DNA of 64,000 nucleotides, from positions 32,001 to 96,000 of the IMG/VR virus record IMGVR_UViG_3300038451_000147. One strand, written 5' to 3'. A program made the translations under genes and the position numbers. The stretch is from a virus. This document shows, one piece after another, positions 9,825 through 19,974 of the stretch; position 1 is the first letter of the stretch, and each line of letters begins with the position of its first letter. The notes below the pieces were generated by a model. The model was not told the origin of the DNA and did no database searches. It worked only from the letters and a program-made list of their open reading frames with translations.

Positions 9825-11048
9825 CTAGATAGTCTTCACGGCGGCTCCGGTGGCAGTCCAAGGCAGGTCTACGGCAACCCTGTCTGCAATTGGAAGGGTG
9901 AGGTCTATCTTGGGTAGCACCGCACCTGTGTAGTCTATTGCGACAGTGTAAGTCGGAGAAGTGGCACTTGGCAGACCTTCTTTCCCAAGGATGATACGAA
10001 TGGTCTGTTGGGCTAGACCGGACAGAGTGGTATCAAAATCAACAACATACACATCACCACTAGCATCTGGCGCAGGACTGAATGCGGCTGTCGTTATTGA
10101 GTGTGCGCCATTTGCTGTGATTGTCTGTTGTAAACCAGCCGCAGGGCCAGTAATGTAAGTCAGTATACCACCAATCAAAGCACTAGCAACGAAAGTCTGG
10201 GTAGTGTCGGCCAGCACTGTTGATGTAGTGCCAGTTGTAGTTGTGCTTTGAAGATTAGGAACGTAGCCCTCATAAGTCACATCAGAAAGGGTGGCAAAGG
10301 TGGCCGTCATATCACCATCGGCCTTGCGCGTCAGTGTAGGCATACTTCTGATGACATCTGTGCCAAACTGAGGCACACGCGACAGGTTGTTGGTGATAGT
10401 GCCAGTGAAGGTCAAGGTTTGTGGTGCAACGGTTGGCGAAGACTGTTGGTTAAATATGACGCTCTCTTGGGAGAAGTAGAACGGGACGTTGCCGGGGTCG
10501 CTTGGGAAGGTCACATAGGCAGGAAGCACTCGCATGATGTTTTGACACCAGTAGTCTACTCTAACCTCAAGTGCGGCATTCGTCTTGCCACTGATTGTCA
10601 CAGTGTTGGCAATTGCTCCTGTGACAGTGTAGACAGCACCAGTGTCGAAGTCCTTGATGATGAAAGCGTGGGAGATACCAGTCACAGGTGGTGAAAGAGA
10701 CCCGCCAGCCGGAGTTCCGATAGCGTTAATCATGTCCCACAAGATGCCTTGTGTATGGTCTCCACTTGTCCCACCACCAATGTTCTGTGGCCAGTAGGTT
10801 ATCGTGAACTCCACGTTTCGTTGGCCTTTCAAAAGATAGGCCGGGAAGGAAGTGCTACCGTCCATCCTGTAAACAAAGATGGGTTGCTTGTCTACCGTTC
10901 CTCTCATCTGTTGCACCGCGCCAACCCAATTGTATGCCTTTGGTGTGTTTATAGTTCCCGCAGGAGCCATACCATAATCTACCTCTGCAAGCCACCCTAC
11001 GGCGGCTCTCCATCCTGCCGCTACAAGCGGGAATGTGGTAACGCTCAT
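9825..11048 (-). CDS. Tail tube (major tail) protein with inserted accessory domain
   Basis: N-terminal WLAEVDYG..P motif and tube-like beta strands (FTGTITNNL...RKADGDMTATF); upstream of chaperone and TMP. Confidence 0.7.
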   Translation of the reverse strand: MSVTTFPLVAAGWRAAVGWLAEVDYGMAPAGTINTPKAYNWVGAVQQMRGTVDKQPIFVYRMDGSTSFPAYLLKGQRNVEFTITYWPQNIGGGTSGDHTQGILWDMINAIGTPAGGSLSPPVTGISHAFIIKDFDTGAVYTVTGAIANTVTISGKTNAALEVRVDYWCQNIMRVLPAYVTFPSDPGNVPFYFSQESVIFNQQSSPTVAPQTLTFTGTITNNLSRVPQFGTDVIRSMPTLTRKADGDMTATFATLSDVTYEGYVPNLQSTTTTGTTSTVLADTTQTFVASALIGGILTYITGPAAGLQQTITANGAHSITTAAFSPAPDASGDVYVVDFDTTLSGLAQQTIRIILGKEGLPSATSPTYTVAIDYTGAVLPKIDLTLPIADRVAVDLPWTATGAAVKTI

Positions 11049-11088
11049 GACAAGGAGATTAATGTGCTAGGAGTATTTAAGGGTGTTG

Positions 11089-11541
11089 TCACAGAACGCA
11101 GGACATGAGCCAACCGTCCTCTTCAGGATTCGTGTAGTATTGAGGTATCTTCATATTGATGAAATAGCCGAGTTTCTCATACATACGGATGGCCGCCTCA
11201 TTGCTCTTCCGAACCTGAAGACAAGCCATAGGGATGTTCCTCTCTCTCATAGCTCTGTGAGCCTCATACATCAGTTTACACCCTATCTCTTGGCCCTTGT
11301 GCGCGGGGTCTACTGCGACAGAGATGACCAGACCCATACGAATGTAGTTAACTGTTTCCTCTCTACACATGACATAGCCTATCACCTTCCCATCCAATTT
11401 GGCCACATAGAACATATCCCCGAACTGGTTAAGATGATGCGTCCAGAAGGATGGCACATAGATTTCGGGCATACTGGCCGCATTGAGAGCCATCATAGCA
11501 GGAAGGTCTGTCCTAAGAGGGTGCTGGATTATGAGACTCAT
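11089..11541 (-). CDS. GNAT N-terminal acetyltransferase, Ard1/Naa10/RimI family
   Basis: MPEIY (cf. LPENY), VIGYVMCR, VISVAVDPAHKGQEIG, LQVRKSNEAAIRMYEKLGY, YY..EDGWLM. Confidence 0.9.
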   Translation of the reverse strand: MSLIIQHPLRTDLPAMMALNAASMPEIYVPSFWTHHLNQFGDMFYVAKLDGKVIGYVMCREETVNYIRMGLVISVAVDPAHKGQEIGCKLMYEAHRAMRERNIPMACLQVRKSNEAAIRMYEKLGYFINMKIPQYYTNPEEDGWLMSCVL

Positions 11542-12242
11542 GAAAATAGCACCTGAAATATCTCAGTGGCTTTGGCCTCTCCAATACGTCTTCCAGATTG
11601 AAGTTTAAGAGTGGAAAGCATAAAGATAACATCTTCTTTGGAATATTGTAGTTTCCAATACAGACATATCTCATAGAAGCGTTGTCGAAGTGCTTTACCT
11701 GTTTCATGTCCAAAAGCGTCAAGAAGATATTCACGTTTCTTCTCTACAGACCAATCCCTACGGAAGCCCCTTCGCTCTGGGAACTCCTTCTTCTCCTTCG
11801 GCTTGCCCAACTTGAAGTTCTGATGAGTGAGATAGAGAGCCGTGTCTGCCTTGTCCATAGTGATAACAAGACCAACACCAAAAGCCCGGAACGCTGTAAG
11901 AGCCTCATAGAAGGACACCTTTCTCTCTGGATGGGCCACAAAGTAGTCGTCAAGACGCATCCACTTCTTGATAGTCCAGTCGTAGAATCCTAACCCTTCC
12001 AGAATGACGAAAGGCTCGTAAGCGTTCTTGTTGTTCGAGAGGTCTTTCAGTTGCTCGAAGATGCGGCCATCGTGAACAGATGCAAGAAAGTCCTTCAGTT
12101 CCTTCCTCTCATACATCCTGCTCTTCTCCACACCCTGAATGACGTTATCCGTTCCAATCTCTTCGGCCTTAACTATAACGACATCGGGCGGGAGCAAGCC
12201 CTTCAGAGTTTCGGCCTCTTGCTTGTTGATATACCAGACCAA
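11538..12242 (-). CDS. ERCC4/XPF-family structure-specific nuclease
   Basis: ERKELKDFLASVHDGRIFEQ (ERKxxxD motif), VILEG, C-terminal HhH-like RIGEAKA. Confidence 0.85.
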   Translation of the reverse strand: MVWYINKQEAETLKGLLPPDVVIVKAEEIGTDNVIQGVEKSRMYERKELKDFLASVHDGRIFEQLKDLSNNKNAYEPFVILEGLGFYDWTIKKWMRLDDYFVAHPERKVSFYEALTAFRAFGVGLVITMDKADTALYLTHQNFKLGKPKEKKEFPERRGFRRDWSVEKKREYLLDAFGHETGKALRQRFYEICLYWKLQYSKEDVIFMLSTLKLQSGRRIGEAKATEIFQVLFS

Positions 12243-12973
12243 GGACTATCCCTTGCTCCTCTGCCTTAATAAAGATTTTAACTGTTTGAGGGTAGTGTCC
12301 TTGTCCCAACTCACGTTCCTTTTGATGGCTTTGTCATAACACATCTCACCCATTGGGAACGACATTCCAGTGACGCTCAGTGTGGCCAATTCCTTGCCGT
12401 TACAGAAAGCACAGAGTTTGCTGTCGAACTCTGGCACATTGCTCAACGGATTAGATGTTCCTTTCGTCATGATGACGCTAACCTTGTCCAAGTAGGATGA
12501 AGACACCAAATACACTCCTTGAGAAGTATATAGCGATTGGGTTCTCCATACATAGGTCTTACCTTTATCTCTGAACTCTGATGCAGTCCCAGATGGCAGA
12601 GATAGTTTATGTGGAGTTGAGCCTTATCCATGCCATACCCCTTGTCCACAACCTTTATAAACCTTCCTGCCATTGGGTTGACTATGGCCAAAAAGAAGCA
12701 GTATACGCTGGCAGACTTCCCAGAACTTCGAGAGTATGTCACTGAGCAGATACGGCTTCATGAGGCGGCTCGGAAGGTTTCTCTTCATCCTCAAGAGTCT
12801 CAAGGACAGCAATCCAGTCTAGAAATGTGATGCTTCCGTCTGCTTCGGTTCGATAGTAGGGCGGTTCACCAAGCGAGAACGGTAAGAAAGTCAGTTCGCC
12901 TTTGGCCTCTATCCCTTCCTCTGGGATGTCACAAATGAGTCCGTAATAGACCACCTTTACTGCCTTTCCCATG

Positions 12974-13003
12974 AATGCTTATTAAGCACACAACCTATAT
13001 AAA
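12974..13003. promoter_or_regulatory. Compact bidirectional archaeal promoter
   Basis: AATGCTTATTAAG ~26 nt before the terminase ATG (13011) and opposite-strand TTTATATA (13003-12996) ~24 nt before ATG 12972. Confidence 0.65.
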
Positions 13004-13010
13004 CATTGCA

Positions 13011-14564
13011 ATGAGTAGTTCCAATGAGCGTCTTCTGAAGAGTCTGGAACAGGAGTTCGACAAAATTAAGGCGAAGGAACCCAAAGACGTTACTCTAGAC
13101 CTCAGTGACCCTATGACATTTGTTGAGAACTACGTCAAACTTCCAGAGAAAGCTCCACCAGAGCAGAAGACTTGGTTCGAGCAACGGCCTTGGCTTTCAG
13201 AAATCTACAGAGATGGGAACAAGAGAATTGTTATAGTGAAGGGCCGACAGATGGAAGTCTCCGAGTATGCCGTGAATATGCTGTTCTATTGGGCCGCAAA
13301 ATGGCCGGGGAAGTATATCTACGCCTCTTCGTCAGGTGACAAGGCAGATGTCTTCAGCCATGACCGCTACCAGAAGCAACTCTCTCGAAGCCCTACGCTC
13401 CAAGCCCTTGTGCGAGACGAAGCCGTTAGAAGGGTGCAATATGCGAAGTCCGAAGTCTACTTTATGACAGCCTATGAAGACACCAAGACTCTGAGAAGCA
13501 TTGACGCTGATGGCATCATCCTTGATGAGTTCCAAGACTACAGGGCCAACGCCATCCCCATCGCTGAAGAGGGTCTGGCTCACAGTCAACTCAAGAGGCT
13601 TTGGGTGATAGGAACTCCCTATCTCACAGGAACCAACTTCTCTAGTAAGTGGGACGAAAGCACAAAGAAGGAGTGGAACAAAGAGAAACAGATGTGGGAA
13701 GTAACCAACCCTAAGTCAGATGGGATGTGGCAAGGCTATCACATCAGTCAGGAGATGGCAGTAGGGGTATGGCTTACCCCAGAGGAGTTCGAGTATAGGA
13801 GAGCACACAAGCCAGCACAGGAGTTTGCGAATGAGTGTCTAGGATTATTCTATGCTGGACTCGGAAGACCGACAGACTACGGTTACATGAGTTCACTCTT
13901 CAGCCCGTCTTTAATGAAGGGCCAATTCGGAAAGGGTGAACTTCTGATTTCGGGTATAGATTGGGGTATCTCCAAGTCTAATACGGTCTTCTACTTGATT
14001 CGACCAAGACTTCTAGAGTTGCCAGACCTCTATACAATAGACACTCTTTATGTTGAAAAGGTAGACAATCCAGATATAACCAAACAGATTGCAAGAATCG
14101 CGCAACTCCTCACTACCTTTCCCACTGTAATCAATGTGCTAGACTACGGCACTGGTTTCGTGCAAAATCAGGAACTCTACAAACAGTTCGGAAACCGAGT
14201 GATACAGATAGAATTAGGCAGTGGAAAACTAGGCAAGCCCATAACGGTAGAGCAAACCGCCTTTGGCCCGATAGCCAAAGTCAACAGAACGTGGGCTATA
14301 GACACGGCTATGGATTACGTCACTAGACCAGACAGATTCAGATTTTACAACGAGACAGACAAAGGCACAAAGGACTGGATTATCAGAGACTTTTTGGCTG
14401 AATACCCTGAAACGAGCAAAACCACCGAAAAGAAGATTTGGATTCACAGTTCCGATGCCACAGACGACTGCCTCATCGCCTTCGTGAATGCTATGATTGG
14501 CTTCCAACTTCAGAAGTCGGCTAGTATGCCGGAGCGCGTGGAAGATATGATTAGTTTCGTGTGA
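13011..14564 (+). CDS. terL: Terminase large subunit
   Basis: Walker A-like VKGRQMEVSE, Walker B IILDEFQD, motif IGTP, nuclease GIDWG and DDCL; start moved from 12975 to 13011 from promoter spacing. Confidence 0.9.
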   Translation: MSSSNERLLKSLEQEFDKIKAKEPKDVTLDLSDPMTFVENYVKLPEKAPPEQKTWFEQRPWLSEIYRDGNKRIVIVKGRQMEVSEYAVNMLFYWAAKWPGKYIYASSSGDKADVFSHDRYQKQLSRSPTLQALVRDEAVRRVQYAKSEVYFMTAYEDTKTLRSIDADGIILDEFQDYRANAIPIAEEGLAHSQLKRLWVIGTPYLTGTNFSSKWDESTKKEWNKEKQMWEVTNPKSDGMWQGYHISQEMAVGVWLTPEEFEYRRAHKPAQEFANECLGLFYAGLGRPTDYGYMSSLFSPSLMKGQFGKGELLISGIDWGISKSNTVFYLIRPRLLELPDLYTIDTLYVEKVDNPDITKQIARIAQLLTTFPTVINVLDYGTGFVQNQELYKQFGNRVIQIELGSGKLGKPITVEQTAFGPIAKVNRTWAIDTAMDYVTRPDRFRFYNETDKGTKDWIIRDFLAEYPETSKTTEKKIWIHSSDATDDCLIAFVNAMIGFQLQKSASMPERVEDMISFV

Positions 14565-14599
14565 AGGGCTTAAATAGAGGAACTTCCTTATAAACTGTG

Positions 14600-15685
14600 A
14601 TGTCAGAAGACCAATGGCTACCAGACCTCTTCAATCCGGCTCAAGCCCCAGAGCCAGAGCCAAGTGAGCCATCTGAACCTGCTACACAGCCAACCGTGTC
14701 TGCCCCTTATGATACAATAGACGTTGCCTTGGACGGCTGGACTTACCGCCTTTGGAGACAATGGTTAGGACAGGACGAGCAAGAGCAAAGGAAGAATGTA
14801 GACCTACTCACCGATATATTCCAACAGTATGACCCTTCTGCAACATCGCTTCTGGAAGTGTCGAAGTCGCAACCGGATTCTCCCGACCCCTACTCATGGG
14901 TATTCCGCTTCGGTTTGTTTGGAGACCCTGCAAAAGTAACGGAAGCCATCGAAAACATTGACTCTCAACTCCTTAAGATAGCCGAAAACTTCAAGGTTAT
15001 AGCAGGAACAGCAAAGGCACTTGTGACAAGAATGGATGGGACGCAAGAGGCCGTTGAACTTCCGAAGGATTTGGTGGCCTCAGACATCGCTACTACTATG
15101 TATAGACTTCTCGACCTAGTTCAGACTGGCGGTGTTAAGGAGTCTCCTGAGACCGAATCAAGGGCTTCGGAACTCCGTCAAATCACATCTCCAGCATCCG
15201 GTGAGTATTGCACTATACACGGAAAGACAGGCGAAGAACATACCGATGAAGAAAGAGAGGCAGATATATGGGGAACAAAAGGAGAGGAAGAGAAGGCATG
15301 GACTCCCGACTACCAATATATCCCAAAGGCTCTCGCTGAAGAGGGACGATGGAACGAATGGGCAGATGAAGTAAAAGAGGCCATAAGCGGAATAGATAAA
15401 GTGGCTGAAGACGTAAAGATGCTGAGAACTACGAAAACTAGCACCCCTGAACAGACTATCAACACTCTTAACGCGGTCAAAGAGTTGGTTGAGACCACAA
15501 GAAGTTGGTTCTATGAAATCGCCACCCAAGTAGACCAAGAGCCTATCGGAGAGGAAGACAAAGCCCTTGCAGGTGAATTGAAACGGGTATTCAAAGACGA
15601 GACCATGAAGACGGTTTTCGACAACCTCTCGTCTATGATTGAGAAGGTCATCGCTGAGAAGCAGACAATGGTTATACCGAACTAG
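14600..15685 (+). CDS. Acidic helical protein, possible internal head protein
   Basis: Long ORF with own TATA (GCTTAAATAG); P/E-rich N-terminus and helical domains. Confidence 0.5.
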   Translation: MSEDQWLPDLFNPAQAPEPEPSEPSEPATQPTVSAPYDTIDVALDGWTYRLWRQWLGQDEQEQRKNVDLLTDIFQQYDPSATSLLEVSKSQPDSPDPYSWVFRFGLFGDPAKVTEAIENIDSQLLKIAENFKVIAGTAKALVTRMDGTQEAVELPKDLVASDIATTMYRLLDLVQTGGVKESPETESRASELRQITSPASGEYCTIHGKTGEEHTDEEREADIWGTKGEEEKAWTPDYQYIPKALAEEGRWNEWADEVKEAISGIDKVAEDVKMLRTTKTSTPEQTINTLNAVKELVETTRSWFYEIATQVDQEPIGEEDKALAGELKRVFKDETMKTVFDNLSSMIEKVIAEKQTMVIPN

Positions 15686-16675
15686 AATGCTTAAATACTA
15701 AGCCACATCTACTTCACTCATGAGCCAAGAAGAAGAGTCTATCCCTCATGAAACACAGGTAATGGAAGTCATGCGGAACCTATTCTCCACAGAGTATGGG
15801 CTTGACGAAGAGGACAGAGACCTTGCCAACCGATTGGTTCAATACGGAAGCGACAAAACAGGACTAAGTGAGAAGGAGATAGCCGTCTTCATAAAGATGG
15901 GCATAATGGATAACGAGAAAGACCTTCTCGTTCCAGACCAGTTCTTCTTCAGGGGTCTGGTGCTTCCTTCCTTCTGGATGAAGTGTCTGCTTGCTTATCA
16001 TGGGATGATGGACTTTTCTAATAAAAGTGAGAACAATGAGAAAACTCAGACCAAATGACATCGTAACAGTCGTAGCAATCGCATCCGAACTTGTAGCAAT
16101 TTTACTCTTTCTGCTCCAAATATGGCTCTTGGGCGCAATCTATTGTTTCGCTTCTGTTGTAGCAATAGTCTTCCTAAACCACAATCTGAACGGAATCTAC
16201 AAAAAGGGAAGCACGATTAGATGGCTCGACTATCTGAGAATCAGAGACCTAATGGCTCACGGTCACAACTATGAAGCGGTCATTTACACCATGAAGGTAG
16301 CCTATGGGATGGATGAAGCGCAAATTCAAGCCCTAAAGCCAGAAGACCTAAATACTCTCATGGAGAAACTGAAGGTGAATAAAGAAAATGTCTAACTTCT
16401 ATGACGAACTGAATACCCTAGAATGGGAGAAGTATGTCTACGTCAAATGCTTAGTGTGTCACGGAGTCTACAGATACGGCATCTACGGTTTCCAAGAAGG
16501 TGGGATAAACTGCGTCCTCTGTGGAGCCGTCACTTGGAACCCCATCATCGTAGACAAGGAAGAATACCGGAAGTTCCTAGAAAAACAGAAGAACCCCTAC
16601 GGCCTACAGACTTTCCAGCAAAGGGTCTGGGGAACTGCACCCAACGATGAGCCTTATCAAAGACGTTAAGACTAT

Positions 16676-16882
16676 CTAAGGAGTAGGAGCGACCTGTTCT
16701 TGCGTAGTAAGATACGCGACTACTGCCCCTGCAATAGCCGCTACGAAAATAACAACCGCGCCCTCTGTAGTCAGGTCAGGGATGTATTTAGGGAGTATTG
16801 CCGTAATAAGGGCAGATGCCGCACTTACCACTGCGATGATTAGAGCAAGCACTGATTTGCTTACCGTAAGGATTGTGGTCAT
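16676..16882 (-). CDS. Small two-TM holin-like protein
   Basis: 68 aa with two hydrophobic helices. Confidence 0.4.
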   Translation of the reverse strand: MTTILTVSKSVLALIIAVVSAASALITAILPKYIPDLTTEGAVVIFVAAIAGAVVAYLTTQEQVAPTP

Positions 16883-17289
16883 ACCTTCTTCTTAGACTTC
16901 TGCCCCTTATAAGCCTTCTTCTTCGGAAGGTAACTAGGAATGTTCATCAGTTCCTTTGGAAGCAAGCCTCTCTCAATCATCTCCTCAACGTGGATGATAC
17001 AAGCGATGTTCCAAGCGGAAGCGGCCAAATGGTCTTCGTCCCTCAAACCCTCTCTATACTCATTGAGATGGCGTATCGCACTGTCAAGAAATCTTCCAAT
17101 GGGTATCCCTTTCTCCCAATTGCGGTCTCCATACTTGACAGCCCCGTTCTCATAGTGTCTAGCCAGTCTACGAAGGAAGATAGGGCTTATGAGGTCGAAC
17201 CTTCCCTTTCCCTGTTGGATGTCCCGCACCGCACCTGTCTTGAACTTCTGCCTTGTTCCACTGTCCTTGACTTTCTTGTAGTCCATCAT
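16879..17289 (-). CDS. dATP/dGTP diphosphohydrolase-like protein (DUF5664)
   Basis: FKTGAVRD..GKGRFDLI, GAVKYGDRNWEKG, DSAIRHL, EDHLAASAWN. Confidence 0.85.
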   Translation of the reverse strand: MMDYKKVKDSGTRQKFKTGAVRDIQQGKGRFDLISPIFLRRLARHYENGAVKYGDRNWEKGIPIGRFLDSAIRHLNEYREGLRDEDHLAASAWNIACIIHVEEMIERGLLPKELMNIPSYLPKKKAYKGQKSKKKV

Positions 17290-17783
17290 TTCCTCTTCAT
17301 CACTTTCGATTGGTTGAAGGAATGGATGAACTCATCAACACTGGTGAAGATTGCTGTTGCATGATACACCAACCAAGGATGTCCCATTTTAGTCCTATCT
17401 TCTATTATGAGATAGGTCGGATGCTTGACAACGTGACTATTGTAGAAGACTTCCATCGGGGTTCCAACAGAAATCTTATCGGTAAAGAAGGCTAACACAC
17501 CATCTGCCCTTCTTATGATTTTGAGGTCGCGCTCCACCACTTCCTTTGGGATATTGGTTGCCAGACCCCATGTTGAAATCCACTTTTGGCGTTCCTCTTT
17601 GTCCTTGAACTTCTTGTCCTGAGACAACCTATCGAACTTCTTCACATCATGCCTACCTTCTACATCATAAAAGGGATTGACTAGATTCAATCCTGTCTTC
17701 CTTTCTATCTTCTTCTCTTCTATACGGAGCCGAAGTCTGTCTCCAAACGGGTGCGCCATGTAGTAACTAAGCATGGATTTCAC
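17286..17783 (-). CDS. Nucleoside 2-deoxyribosyltransferase/nucleotide N-hydrolase-like protein
   Basis: YYMAHPF, NPF, DLKIIRRADGVLA, SVGTPMEVFY. Confidence 0.75.
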   Translation of the reverse strand: MKSMLSYYMAHPFGDRLRLRIEEKKIERKTGLNLVNPFYDVEGRHDVKKFDRLSQDKKFKDKEERQKWISTWGLATNIPKEVVERDLKIIRRADGVLAFFTDKISVGTPMEVFYNSHVVKHPTYLIIEDRTKMGHPWLVYHATAIFTSVDEFIHSFNQSKVMKRK

Positions 17784-17899
17784 CCCTGATTATCTCAAAG
17801 ACCTCATCCTGAGAGACCATCGTAATGGGGCCAGCGTATCCTTGAACCATATATCCAGTCAACTTCCTGATACAGTTAATAAGGATTTCGGCCTCTTCC

Positions 17900-18193
17900 T
17901 CAGTCAAAGACTTCACCATTTTCATGGCACTTCACGTTCTCATAACGAGCAACCACCTTCCTATAGAACTCCTGTTGAACAGCCGCTAAGATACCCATCA
18001 TCTCATTTAGAGTCTTATAGTTGCGTGGTAGAAACTCTGTCTCCTTGTAGACCTCAAGAAGCACTCGCGTTAGAGCATAGTTGGTCATACCCTCTCTACT
18101 TACATCCATAGAGACCAAATTGTTGATTTTATCGGCCAACATCCGAATGTTGTCATCCAATTCTCTTCGTTGCTTTTGTTTGATGTAAGGCAT
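17900..18193 (-). CDS. Conserved viral all-alpha protein (DUF6899-like)
   Basis: MPYIK..R, G.TNYALTR, Y..LNEMMGIL, EFYRKVVARYE..K..ENGEV. Confidence 0.65.
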   Translation of the reverse strand: MPYIKQKQRRELDDNIRMLADKINNLVSMDVSREGMTNYALTRVLLEVYKETEFLPRNYKTLNEMMGILAAVQQEFYRKVVARYENVKCHENGEVFD

Positions 18194-18281
18194 ACCAACC
18201 CCTTGCTCTCAACTCTATTTAAGGATTCTACGATTTAGACCTTGAAACCTTTATATAGTCCAAGACGCTAGAGTAGTCTTA

Positions 18282-18482
18282 ATGACTACAGAATGGAAGA
18301 AACTTCAATCGGTTGGCCACGCCACCACTCGCATTACTCACATCAGAGCCGACCTCATCAGAGACCTCTTGCCCAACGCTTCTGCTAAAACCATCATCGG
18401 TGGTAAGTGGACGTTTGACAGTGACAAGAAGGTTCTGGTTCTCGAAATCAAAGAGTTCTCTGAATGGCCGCCAAAAGAGTGA
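18282..18482 (+). CDS. Small AbrB/SpoVT-like DNA-binding protein
   Basis: KKLQSVG..RITHIRADLIRDL pattern; TATA CTTTATATA upstream. Confidence 0.35.
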   Translation: MTTEWKKLQSVGHATTRITHIRADLIRDLLPNASAKTIIGGKWTFDSDKKVLVLEIKEFSEWPPKE

Positions 18483-18922
18483 GAGTAGATGTCTGAAGAT
18501 AAAGAGGAAGAGAATGATGGAAAAGGCCGTCATTACAAGCCTCAAGAACGGACTCTCTTCCTTGATATAGAGGGTCTCGACCTCAACACCCCAGAAGGGC
18601 AGGATGAGATGCTGAAACGGTTGCAGATTCTCATAGCCACAACAAACCACAATGCTCTAGACCTGAAAGCCTTTGCCACCCTCAAGGATACCGTCAGGAT
18701 TAAAACCGACCTCAATGTTCTAAGACTCTTCACCCAAATGAAGAAGAAAATGGACGAATGGGAGACCGCACAGATAGCCAAGAATCCTTAAATAGCCTAG
18801 AAACGTAGGTGGTTGACTATGGGAGAAAAAGAAGGAAAGCGGTACTACTTTTGGAGAACGGTGACAGGAACGATTTCTGCTGTAGGCACAATAATCATCC
18901 TGCTAAAGGTCTTTAATCTGAT

Positions 18923-19426
18923 TTAGGCTTCGTTGAGGAAAGGAACTCCCATCTCATCCTTATCCTTGTCTTCGTCTGAAGGCTCAAGTTCATATTCCTC
19001 TGAGGTCTCGTCTGCCGGATTGCCTTTGTGCTTCTCGGACTCGTAGGTGTCTCCTAATTCGGCTTGAGTCTCTGGTTCTCGCACCATCTTCTCTCCCTCT
19101 TCGGTTGCGACATAGCCGCCATACTCGGTCTCGACTATCAGTCCTTGGTCTACCAGACTCTTGAGGGCTGGCTTGACCTTCGTTGTTCCTTCCTTCACCG
19201 CGTCCATAATGGCATCATGCAGTTCAGAATCCTTCTCCTGAATCTCAAAGGCGATGTCAGCCATACTTGCTGGCCCACCATATTCCTCTTTGTAATGGGC
19301 TACCTGAAAGAGAACTTCGGCCTCTATATCTAACTCTCCACTGTCCAAAGCCGTTTCTGGGGCCGTCTCAGGCTCTTCTACTGGCTCTGGATTCGGCTCA
19401 GTCTCAGAGTCGGTTGCTATAGCCAT
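18923..19426 (-). CDS. Winged helix-turn-helix protein with acidic termini
   Basis: PASMADIA...VKPALKSLVDQGLIVETEYGGYVATEEG. Confidence 0.65.
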   Translation of the reverse strand: MAIATDSETEPNPEPVEEPETAPETALDSGELDIEAEVLFQVAHYKEEYGGPASMADIAFEIQEKDSELHDAIMDAVKEGTTKVKPALKSLVDQGLIVETEYGGYVATEEGEKMVREPETQAELGDTYESEKHKGNPADETSEEYELEPSDEDKDKDEMGVPFLNEA

Positions 19427-19484
19427 AGGATAGGAAAGGGGCTAGGAGTATTTAAATATAGCGACTTGCTCTATCTACTATAGT

Positions 19485-19964
19485 ATGAGCATCGTTCCAC
19501 CTGCGATAGTCCAATACTGCAATACACAGGACATCGTGAGACTACTCAATCTGCAACAGTCCAGCACAGACCCCAACAAGTATCTCGTCTGGCAGATTCC
19601 GACCTCAGTAGACATCATAAACACCTTTGTCCGGTATGGGAACGAACAGACTACTGCTACATGGGGAGACCTCACCCAAAGTTCATTATTGCCTCTCGCA
19701 AGGCAGTATGCCGTCTTCACAGCCGCCCTAAATATGATAGAGACGATGACAGTAAATTGGGTGATTTCCGGTCTACCAGTGACCATCGGTGATGTCAGCA
19801 TCAACAGACTCCAAGCCATGCAAGCGGCAACAGTTGAAGTCAAAGAGAGGTTCAAAGAGGAGATAGGCATACTCTACGTCAAGTTGTCAGAAATCTCGTT
19901 CCCCAACAACTATCAGAGTCCAAGTCCATACGTTGACTTCGGTGGGAGTCCGTATTGGAGTTAG
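19485..19964 (+). CDS. Head-tail adaptor protein
   Basis: N-terminal YCNTQDI, helical body, VTIGDVSI; first gene of the neck triad. Confidence 0.65.
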   Translation: MSIVPPAIVQYCNTQDIVRLLNLQQSSTDPNKYLVWQIPTSVDIINTFVRYGNEQTTATWGDLTQSSLLPLARQYAVFTAALNMIETMTVNWVISGLPVTIGDVSINRLQAMQAATVEVKERFKEEIGILYVKLSEISFPNNYQSPSPYVDFGGSPYWS

Positions 19965-19974
19965 GTGATTAAAA

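Noticed and set aside
12975-13010. N-terminal MLIKHTTYINIA of terminase
   Set aside because: It overlaps the bidirectional promoter; ATG 13011 has the canonical TATA spacing.
18489-18791. Terminase small subunit
   Set aside because: Size and helical character fit, but there is no diagnostic motif and it is not adjacent to terL.
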